Below are positions 28,253 through 39,124 of a DNA stretch of 64,000 bases, piece after piece. The stretch's first letter is position 1; the number at the start of each line of letters is the position of its first letter. The notes under the pieces were generated by a model. It was given only the letters and a program-made list of their open reading frames with translations, did no database searches and was not told the origin of the DNA. Source of the stretch: Squalus acanthias (lineage: Eukaryota); assembly GCA_030390025.1 (NCBI GenBank), contig CM059432.1, positions 98,706,001-98,770,000 of the forward strand, read 5' to 3'. Position numbers and translations under genes: made by a program.

Positions 28253-28442
28253 ATGGTGAACAGTTGCTTTTCTGACTGGAGGGAAATGTGCAATGGTGTC
28301 CTGCAGGGGTTGGTGTTGGGACCACTGCTCTTTTTGATATATACTAATGACCTGGACTTGGGTATACAGGGCATAATGTCAAAGTTTGCAGATGGCATGA
28401 AACTCAGAAATGTAATTAACAATGAGGAGCATAGTAACAGAC

Positions 28443-31400
28443 TTTTTTTTTATTCGTTTATGGGATGTGGGCGTCACTGGCAAGGCCAGCATTTATTGTC
28501 TAATTGCCCTTTAGAAGGTGGTGGTGAGCTGCCTTCTTGAACCGCTGCAGTCTGTGTGGTGAAGGTACACCCACAGTGCTGTTAGGGAGGGAGTTCCAGG
28601 ATTTTAACCTAGCGACGATGAAGGATCGGTGATATACTTCTAAGACAGGATGGTGTATGACTTGGAGGGAAATTAGAGGTGGTGGTGTTCCCATGCACCT
28701 GCTGCCCTTGTCCTTCTAGGTGGAAAATGTCGCGGGTTTGGGAGGTGCTGCCGAAGAAGCCTTGGCGAGTTGCTGCAGTGCATCTTGTAGATGGTACACA
28801 CTGCAGCCACGGTACGCCAGTGGTGGAGGGAGTGGATGTTTAAGGTGGTGCCAATCAAGCGGGATGCTTTGTCCTGGCTGGTGTCGAGTTTCTTGAGTGT
28901 TGTTGGAGCTGCACTCATCCAGGCAAGTGGAGAATATTCCATCACAATCCTTACTTGTGCCTTGTAGATGGTGGAAAGGCATTGGGGAGTCAGGAGGTGA
29001 GACACTCGCCACAAAATACATAGCCTCTGACCTGCTCTTGTTGCCACAGTATTTATGTGGCTGGTCCAGTTAAGTTTCTGGTCAATGGTGACCCCGCAGG
29101 ATTTTGATGGTGGGGGATTTGTTGATGGTAATGCCATTGAATGTCAAGGAGCGGTGCTTAGACTCTCGCTTGTTGGAGATAGACTTGCCTGGCACTTCTG
29201 TGGCACAAATGTTACCTGCCACTTATCAGCCCAAGCCTGAACGTCGCACAGGTCTTGTTGCATGCGGGCATGACTGCTTCATTATCTGAGGAGTTGTGAA
29301 TGGCACTGAACACTGTGCACTCATCAGCGAACATCCCCATTTCTGACCTTATGTTGGAGGGAAGGTCATTGATGAAGCAGCTGAAGATGGTTCGGCCTAG
29401 GACACTGCTCTGAGGAACACCTGCAGCGATGTCCTGGGGCTGTGATGATTGACCTTCAATCACCACAACCATTTTCCTTTGTGCTAGGTATGACTCCAGC
29501 CAGTGGAGAGTTTTCCCCCCGATTCATATTGACTTCAGTTTTACTAGGGCTCCTTGATGCCACACTGGGTCAAATGCTGCCTTGATGTCAAGGGCAGTCA
29601 ATCTCACCTCACTCTGGAATTCAGCTTCTTTGTCCATGTTTGGACCAAGGCTGTAATGAGGTCGGAAGCCGAGTGGTCCTGGCGGAACCCAAACTGAGCA
29701 TGTTAATGGTGAGTAAGTACCACTTGATAGCACCATCCATCACTCTGCTGATGATTGAGAGTAGACTGATGGGGCGGTAATTGGCCGGATTGGATTTGTC
29801 CTGCTTTTTGTGGACAGGACAAACCTGGGCAGTTTTCCACATTATCAGATAGATGCCAGTGTTGTAGCTGTACTGGAACAGCTTGGCTAGAGGCGCAGCT
29901 AGTTCTGGAGCACAAGTCTTCAGTACGATAGCCGGGATGTTGTCAGGTCCCCATAGCCTTTGCTGTATCCAGTGCGCTCAGCCATTTCTTGATATCACGT
30001 GGAGTGAATTAAATTGGCTGCAGACTGGCTTCTGTGATGGTAGGGACCGCAGCAGGAGGCTCATATGGATCATCCACTCGGCACTTATGGCTGAAGATTG
30101 TTAGAACATAAGAACATAAGAAATAGGTGCAGGAGTAGGCCAATCGGCCCCTCGAGCCTGCTCCGCCATTCAATAAGATCATGGCTGATCTGATCCTAAC
30201 CGCCAATCTACTAGCTATCACAGAACCATCTCCTGCATCTAACAGAATTGCACACACGAAATAGGAGCAGAATCAGGCTACACGGTCCCTGGGCCCGCTC
30301 CACTACCCACAGGGCCATGACCGGATCCGAACCTAGACTCATGTCCAAATTCCTGCCCGCTCCCCGTAACCCTTAATGCCCTTTACTTCTAGGAAACTGT
30401 CTATTTCTGTTTTAAATTTATTTAATGATGTAGCTTCTACAGCTTTTTGTGGCAGCATATTCCATGGACCTACCACCCTCTGAGTGAAGTAGTTCCTCCT
30501 CATCTCAGTTTTGAAAGAGCAGCCCCTTATTCTAAGACTATGTCCCCTAGTTCTAGTCTCACCCGTCATCGGGAACATCCTCCCCGCATCCACCCGATCC
30601 AACCCCTTCACAATCTTATATGTTTCAATAAGATCGCCTCTCATTCTTCTGAACTCCAATGAGTAGAGTCCCAATCTACCCAACCTCTCCTCATATGACC
30701 ACCCCCTCATCCCCGGGATTAACCGAGTGAACCTTTTTTTCACTGCCTCGAGAGCAAGGATGTCTTTCCTTAAGTAAGGACACCAAAACTGTATGCAGTA
30801 TTCCAGGTGCGGTCTCACCAATACCTTGTACAACTGAAGCAATACCTCCCTATATTTATATTCTATCCCCCTAGCAATGAAAGCCAACATTCCATTTGCC
30901 TTCTTAATCACTTGCTGCACCTGCATACTAACCTTTTGAGTTTCGTGCACCAGGACCCCCAGATCCCTTTGCACTTCAGTACTCTCCAGTTTCTTGCCAT
31001 TAAGATAATAAATTGCTCTAGGATTTTTCCTGCCAAAGTGCATCACCTCACACTTTCCAGTGTTGTATTCCATCTGCCAAATCTCTGCCCACTTACTTAG
31101 CCTGTCTATGTCCCCTTGCAGGTTTTTTATGTCCTCCTCACTCACTACTTTCCCTCCCATCTTTGTATCATCTGCAAATTTTGATATGTTACACTTGGTC
31201 CCTTCCTCCAAATCGTTAATATAGATTGTAAAGAGTTGGGGAACCAACACTGACCCCTGTGGAACACCACTAGTTACTGATTGCCAGTCTGAGAATGAAC
31301 CATTTATCCCAACTCTTTGCTTTCTGTTAGATAGCCAATCCTCTATCCATGCCAGAATATTACCCCCAATCCCGTGATTTTTTACCTTAAGCAATAATCT

Positions 31401-32326
31401 TTTGTGTGGCACCTTGTCAAATGCCTTTTGGAAGTCTAAATACACTACGTCCACTGGTTCCCCTTTATCCACTGTTGGCAGCTATGTCATTCAGCTTTGC
31501 CAGCAGTGGTGCTGCTGAGCCACTCTTGGTGATGGACATTGACACCCTCCACCCAGAGTACATTCTGTGCCCTTGCTACTCTCAGTGCTTCATCCAAGTG
31601 GTGTTCAACATGGCGGAGTACTGATTCATCAGCTAAGTGAGGTTTCCTTGCCTATGCTTGACCTGAAGGCATGAGACTTCATGTGGTCCGGAGTCAATGT
31701 TGAGGACTCCCAGGGCCACTCCTTCCTGACCGTACACCACTGGTGGGGCTGTCCTGCCGGTGGGACAGGACATACCCAGGAATGGAGGAGTTTTGGGACC
31801 TTGGCTGGAAAGGTATGATTCTGTGAGTCAGGCTGTTGCTTGACTAGTCTGTGGGACAGCTCTCCCAATTTTGGCACAAGTCCCCAGATGTTGGTGACGA
31901 GGACTTTGCAGGGTTGACTGGGCTGGGTGTGCCGTTGCCGTGTCCGTAGCCGTTGCCGAGGTCGTCCGTCCGGTTTCATTTTTATTATTTTGTTTCGTCG
32001 TGGTTAGTTACAACTAAGTGGCTTGCTAGGCCATTTCAGAGAGCAGATAAGAGTCAACAACATTGCTGTGGGTCTGGAGTCACATATAGGCCAGACCCCA
32101 GATTTCCTTCCCTAATGGACATCAGTGAACCAGATGGGTTTTTACAACAATCCGATAGTTTCATTGTTACCATTACTGATACTAGTAATTATTCCAGATT
32201 TATTTAATTAACTGCATTTAAATTCCCCAGCTGTTGTGGTGGGATTTGAACTCACATCTCTGGATCATTAGGCCAGACCTCTGGATTACTAGTCCAGTGA
32301 CATTACCATTACGTTACCGCTCCCAG
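28443..32326 (-). mobile_element. LINE family B (EN/RT remnants), interrupted by a young CR1; left boundary firm, right boundary approximate
   Basis: Peptides ALDIKAAFD, GVPQSSVLG, MFADE, NPANYRPISLLSIISR; EN-like TNIWGLVPKLGEL at ~31850-31900. Confidence 0.75.
30103..31472 (-). mobile_element. Young 5'-truncated CR1 LINE with an uninterrupted 377-aa RT C-terminal frame (30339-31472)
   Basis: YLDFQKAFDKV, GVPQGSVL, SKFADDTK; (AGAACATA)n tail; TGTT on both flanks (30099-30102 / 31473-31476). Confidence 0.93.
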
Positions 32327-34499
32327 CAAGGACATAGACAGATTGGTAAAATGGGCAGACACGGCAGATGAAATTTAATGCAGAGAAGAATGAAGTGTTT
32401 CATTTTTGTAGGAAGAATGTGGAGAGGCAATGTAAACTAAATTTTACAAGTTTAAAATGGATGCAGGAATAGTGACACCCGGGGGTGTACGTACTCAAGT
32501 CTTTGAAGGTGGTAGGACAAGTTGAGAAGGCTGATAAAAAGGCATACGGGATCCTTGGCTTTATTAATAGAGACATAGGGCTCGATTTTGCCAGTGTGGA
32601 TGGGCTGGGGCGTGTCAGGTGGTATTCGTGTCAGGACCCCGACTCCGAAGTGAAGTGGGGAAAAAGTGCGATTTTCCCCTAATTGAGCAATTGATTTCCA
32701 GCTTGTGGGAACCCCTGGCCCAATGCGTCTTTTCATCCAGAAAGTCGCCTCCGATGACGTCATCAATGCTGCTGGATTTAAGGCCTGCAAGTAGCCTTGC
32801 TTCTTCTGGAGACTGCAAACTTTATGGCCATTGTAGTAAGCACTTCATTGATCGACTATGTCCACCATTAGGCCAAAGTGTGCTCCACGCTTCAATGAGC
32901 CCTCCCTCCAAGCTCTGGTGGAGGGAACAAGATCCAATAAGGAGGAACTCTTCCCTTCCTCAGGGAGAAAAAAGCCACCCCAGCAGACTAAAGCTGTGTG
33001 GCTGCAAGTGGCCCAGGAGGTCAACTCCATCTCGATGAGCCGCAGAACCTGGCTGCAATGCAGGAAGAGGTTTCATGACCTTCTCCGCACAGGAAAAGTG
33101 AGTATGACTTTCCCATCACCCTCAATCTGATCCCCATCGCCTCTACTCACCAGCACTCTGCTTTGCTAACCTCTTCCTCCACATCCCACTTGACACTTAC
33201 ATCCCTGCACCCTTACCCATTCCCTCTCTCTCTATGGTCACATTCACTTAATTATTTGACCATGCAGCCCTCACACTCCCTATCACTGTGATGCAATGAC
33301 AACAACAACTTGTAACACACAGGGATGGTCCTTTGTCTCCTTCTAAGCATCTATGCTATGCATTCTCTACACTCACTCCTTCATTCTCATTCAAACTCCA
33401 CTTGTGTCCCTCATTGCAGGAAAAGAGAGCCCACAATAAGAGGGAAAGAGCCATGACAGGAGGAGGGCCACCCTAAGCAGCCCAGCTCACCGCCTGGGAG
33501 GAGGCGGCCCTGGAAATTGCCGGGATCGAGGAGGATATCCAAGTGGGGGGCGGACAGACGGGCGCATCACAACAAGCTGGTGACAGAATAGTTTTTCATC
33601 TCTCTCACTGACATTGCATGAGTCACTGATAATGATTCTGATGCTCTAACAGATTGACTTATGGTCATCTGCACTATTCAATGTGCATGTAACCTTGACC
33701 TCACATCTCTAACTCTTTCCTTTACTCCCCCACAGGACCATCGAAAGCCCCCGTCCCCACTATCCAGGAGGAACAGCCTGAGCCTCCAGACTCCTCAGAG
33801 GAAGCTGCAACCTCTGAGGGCGCAGCGTCAGCAGAATTCAGCGCACCCAGCACCAGTGCAGACACTCACACCTCGGTGGGACCTTCGCGAGATAGAGTAG
33901 TGTTGGCACCTGGTGTATCACAGCTGACAAGTGAGCATCAGCAGATGGTGGAGACAGGGACAGCAGTGGAGAGTCCTGGTCGGAGGGCGCAGGACTCTGC
34001 TAGTTCGGCTCCGCTGCATGTCGACCCTGTGCCTCCGGGTCCATCCAGAAGGAGAGCGGAGCTGGAACTCCAGGAACAGGTGCAGGAGTCTCTGGCAGGT
34101 TTTGTCTCCAGGGTCGCTGCGAGTGTGGAGCGAATGTAAGAGTCCATCGCGAACATGAGCAGAGCCTTTGTGGAGGCATTGGCACATGAACGCCTCATGG
34201 CAGAAAGGATGGCAACCTCCGTGGAAAGGATGGCTGCCTCCGTGGTAAGGCTGGCTACCGTAGAGGAGAGGTTGGCTACGGCCATGGAGGAACTTAGACT
34301 CCAGGGTCTTGAAAACATGGTCATTGTTCAGAATAGACAGGCATCTCTTGAGGAGCGATGGTCAGCTATTGAGCATACAAACCTAACCTTCATGGAAGTC
34401 CTCTGGAGTAGGACTTCCAGTGCAGAAACGGGTTCTCATGGCCCCCCTGAAGTGCAGCAAGGTGCTGTCAAGCCACTTGCTAGCTCTGAAGTGGGGCTG

Positions 34500-36061
34500 T
34501 GTAAGGGATTCCTGACCCTGCGTGTCTCGTAGCCTGTGAGATTCACGCGGCTCTGTGCAGCCTGTATGTCAGTGCGGGTCTAGGCCTGGTTGCCTGTTCT
34601 GGTCTCCAGCCAGTCTGGGAACACTAGACACACCTGTGAGTGGTTCGAATCACTCTCCCTTACGGTTCTAGACACTGGACTTAGATGCGAGAGCAGTAAT
34701 GGAGATAAAACTCATGTAGACTTGGTTTGAATGGTACGAAATGGAAAATCTTTATTGCATGATACTTAAAATTATGAAATACATGTCATAAGCACAGATT
34801 AATGACAGTACAATCTTACAAACGGTTATATAGTCGATCTTAGGGAAACGAGGAACGAACGGCACAACGTAAATAGGGGCACACATTACAAATATCCTTA
34901 ATCTTTAAACCCTCCCCTATCAATATCTATCCTAAACTAGCTTCGTAGGATCTCGAGACTCATGCTCACCACTCGTGATAACTCGGAGAAATTCCGAATA
35001 GCTGATCGGATGTTTTTCACCGCAGCACCCACGTGTCGGTCAGGAGATCTCCTGGTCCCACTTGTTTACTTGCTTCTGCTGCTCCGGCTAGTAGGCTGGA
35101 CCGTCTGCTGTGGTGAAGACCTCGTGGCGATGGATATGGTCTTCTTCTCTCATCTCATCTCATCTCATCTCATCTCATCTCATCTCGGGCCTTTGGTTCC
35201 GCTGCCAGTTACCAACATAGGTCTTCGTTACGCGACACGAGGTAGATCCGAACGGATCAGAAAGTTCAACAGTCTTTTCAGAAGAGGCAACAGGCACGCA
35301 GAAGCCCAACTACGAGTACACAGGAGCAGCCACGAGGTTACGAATCGACCGGATAAAACACAGGAGCAATCGAGCGAACGCAGGAGCACGAACAAGAGCA
35401 CGAGGCCAGAGGCAAGAGACAAGAGAGCGAGTGGACGGTTTGGGGCCTGCAATTATAGTGCAAAAATCTTCCGTTTCCCGCCCAACTATAATGTCCATTC
35501 TTTTGTTTAGGGTTTGGCGCCCAAATGTCTTGTATGGGTGATCTCCGTCCTTAATGGGTTTCGGGGCTACTCATGAATGTTTGAGTACCTGTTAATATTT
35601 CTCCCATTGTTAAATCGGTCGGTGTTCTCCCTGGAGGGGTTTGGGGCTTCCAAGTGTCCTGTATAACTACCTGCTAACGGCTCTCTCATCGTAGAGTCGT
35701 TGGGAGTTTACATATTAATGTCCTTTGGATGGGCCCTTGATTACTCGGTACAATGGCTTTCCTTTGTACCTGGGAGACCGATTCCAGTATCTATGTTTAT
35801 ACTGTAAACCCATAATGTCTCGTGTATTATCTTCACTGTGCTGAATCGTTATCGATCTTGAAAAAAACGTTTAATGGAACGCCATCTTGTCTGCCTGTTG
35901 AAAAGTCTAGAATGTTCTGTCACGAGGTGCGGCGGCCATTTTACAGGCTGCTTGTGTCCAATTTAAACCTGTCAGCATTCTGCTGAAATAAAAGCTGTTT
36001 GAACGAAACTTTGTGTTTTCTCCTTATTAATCAAATCGCGATATATATTGCGAATTCTACA
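34500..36061 (-). repeat. 3' LTR (1562 bp)
   Basis: Minus strand TGTAGAATTC...CCCTTACA; AATAAA at 34751-34756; internal (GAGAT)n microsatellite. Confidence 0.96.
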
Positions 36062-36070
36062 GTCCCTCCT
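36062..36070 (-). promoter_or_regulatory. Short polypurine tract
   Basis: Minus strand AGGAGGGAC directly abuts the 3' LTR TGT. Confidence 0.7.
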
Positions 36071-36483
36071 GTTGATGCGAATAACTCCGCTTATCGTATC
36101 AAAAATCACAGTGGTGAGCAATCTTATCTCGATTTCACTCCGAATCCAGTAAATTAATCCCATAAATTTTAACTTAACTAGGGTCTCTGTGTCGTCCTTA
36201 TTTCCCAAGAAAATCACATTTTATATCACCGTAGGCATCATTTGCCCTTAAACTTACACCACTTGTTTTCCTTCCCGGCGTAACCAGGCCGATACCTCAC
36301 GCATCACCTGTATATTTGTCTTTTATTCAGGGAAAGGAAAAACAAAACCCGAAACCAAACAATCAACACCATCACCAAAATAAACAAATCCCAACTCTTA
36401 AACATGTCGAGTTTCCAACGTATTTACAATGAGTACAAACTTCCGCGGCGCACGCGGCGAGCGGGAGTGACGCCATTTTCCTA

Positions 36484-38835
36484 TTACACGGTGCTCTCAT
36501 CGTGCACGCGCACGTAACGTTCTCGCCACTCTCCCGTGTTTTCATGCTTGGTGAGGCGCTTGTCTCTTTTACAATGTATGAACAATAGGTACACTACAAT
36601 AAACACTTGACAGACGACTAAAATGTGGGAGGCTATTCTGATCCATGAAGGCACTTCAATATTGGTGAACAGATTCCACCACGGTGGAACCACTATGTCC
36701 AAAATGTCTGTTCCTATTTCGACAGTTTTCTGCTCTAATGTATAAAAATGTTTCTGTGATACCGCGACGGCTTTCAGAAGTTTGGTTAAATGCTCAGGGA
36801 GAGGGGGAATGAGGTATCCAAAATGCGCGACAAATCGCTGCAAGTCGGTGAAATTCTCTTTTACTGTGAGGTGAACAGTGGATGGTTCAGGGATTGGGAT
36901 AATTCGCTGTTGTGCTACTTGAACTTCAGCCCTGGGTTTAAAACAGAAACTGCTGTCACTCACCGGACACCGGCTACGGTTTCCATGCTGGTAGTGTTGC
37001 GCTGCAGTGGTAACACAATATGTTCCACCCCCGATGTATGCTACCTGCGGAGGCACATGATCTTGTGCCATTGCCTCCATGGTGCAATTCATGGACTTGG
37101 CGCCAGCCGTTCTGAACCCGCACTGTGGTGTTAAAAAGGCATTCAAGTGCTGGGGGCACAGTATTATGTGTGCTCCCCTGCCACGACAACCAGAGAGATC
37201 TGTACCTGTCATCGTTTGCTCCCAGCGGATGACGTAAGGTGGAACCGCTGCATAACGAATGTGGGCTCCCCCCTGAATGACACCAATGTTCTCTACCCGA
37301 TACACCGGGGCGGGCTTTGCTGTGTCGCCCAAAACCGGCATGCGTAATACTATTCCCATAACAGTATGGTTTGATCGTCCGCAGTCCACGGGGACTGGGT
37401 AAGCTTCTGAAGCTAGCCTGAGCTGGCACGGGCTTAATGCGTTCTGAAAAGGGTGGAGCGCCCGCAGGTGTTTGTTACTTATCCAGGACGGAACCAAACC
37501 TTGTTTTAAATCCTCCAAATTACTGCGGCCCTCGCCCAGTAACCACGCCCCGTAAAGCACGCACACCTCGTTCTGCGCAGCTTGATCGGATGCATTCCGA
37601 TCTTCCCTGATCAGGGCATTTACCGTACGCGCATGTTTCTCCAGCTCTGCTATAATTTCCTTTAAATGGAGAGTCATGGCTTGGTCCTCGTGTAGACCGG
37701 ATCCTACCACTTTATTCTCATCTGTTAGAATGTCTTTTAACTGTGTTTTTAAACCATTAATCTGGGTCTGCAGCTCCACACTGTCTAGAGCGTTGACCAC
37801 AGATGTCCCTGTGTTAAAAGCAGTGAACGCATCGTTCACCAAACCCCTTCTTTGCCTCCCTACTTGATCCAAAACTTCCTGCGGTGCGGTGTACAAACTT
37901 GTCTTATCAATTTCTGCAAAATCAAACTCGTAAAATTGTCTGAACATCTTGGTCAACAGGACCTGATACAACTGTTCCGTCTTTTTGGGGCACCACTCTG
38001 GTAACCGTACCTCAGTGAGATTTAAAATCACCGAGGCCACCGCGTAATGTACCCCCTGAAATAGTATCTGGTCTGTGGGGACCAGTACCAAACCGTTCCC
38101 GGGTCCCTTACTAGTTTTAGGGCACCCTTCTTCCTCAGCTAGAACCACCGGAATCGTGGGCGGGGCTTTGCGTGGGCGCGTAATGAGTTCAGTGGCATTT
38201 ACTGGGATCGGGGAGAATGGGGCTCCGCACCCCCTGGTGCTCGCATCCCACCTCATCCCCTGTCCGTTATCCTGCCACTGATTAATAAAAAATATGGAGA
38301 TGCCTTTGGGGCAAACGTACTTTGACCCCCACATACATACATAAATCCCCTCATCCGGTTCCCACCATTTGTCCCAACAGACTTTCACTTGTCCGTCTGT
38401 CCCCGTAATTGTCCGATGGGTATTATTACCCAGTCGTTCCCACTCGACCGAAGAGTTTCTCATAGTTTTGCTCAGCTTTCGCAGCCACCACCATCGGCTC
38501 AATGGGACATCCCCACTACAGGTCAAACAAATCCGTTTGCCGACGGTGACGCTGATCCTGGGTGCGATGATCCGTACTTTGGGGCACATTAAAGAAGTCT
38601 CTTTGTAGGCGAACCCCGATGTGCTGGAATACTCCGTTGAGTTCGTTCCCAGCCATCCTGGCCACCTTCCCTTGTGGAAATAGGTGCTGGTCCCCTCTGC
38701 CTTCCGTCTTCCGGTCCCATCCACCGCGATGGGGGCCGTGTCCCCGGAACATCCAAACACCACGACATCCTTGGTGTGGCCTCGATAGGCCAATCCACAT
38801 CCGATTGCCACGAGCAATACTAGAATTCATTCCAT
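36484..38835 (-). CDS. env: Envelope glycoprotein: signal peptide, Ig-like domain, furin site, class I fusion subunit, transmembrane helix (nonsense codon at codon 3)
   Basis: 777 open codons preceded in frame by ATG GAA TGA ATT CTA GTA. Contains DEGIYVC Ig motif, RQRR|GLVN cleavage/fusion peptide, heptad repeat, Cys-rich region, and TM SHILVVCQVFIVVYLLFIHC. Confidence 0.88.
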
Positions 38836-39124
38836 CCTTCCTTGGTTCCTGTGATCAGATAGAATGAGGTAGCCAGCCTCGCAAAAGTCTCTGGCTTTTG
38901 TGAAGGGTGAGCGGGTCCCCTGACCTCGCCTCACGTAAACTTCAACGTTTGCTGCATAGACTTCCTCTAAACCTAGCCTTAAAACTCCCATCATTTTATC
39001 GTTTTCTGTTAAAACACTACAAACTTAACCTTGAACTAATAAACTTAAAACTTAACCTTGAACTATAAACTTAAAACCTTAAACTAATAACTTTACAGTG
39101 CCGCCCGTTCTCAGGGCGGCCCCT

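Noticed and set aside
30339..31472. Intact RT frame as the missing pol of the provirus
   Set aside because: It is a non-LTR CR1 RT (FADD motif), 5'-truncated and outside the LTRs; it could not supply LTR-type RT or integrase.
34962..35510. 182-aa plus-strand ORF, duplicated at 42665-43213, as an antisense gene
   Set aside because: The duplication only reflects the LTR pair. The ORF runs through a microsatellite (SHLIS repeats) and is not maintained at full length in the solo LTRs.
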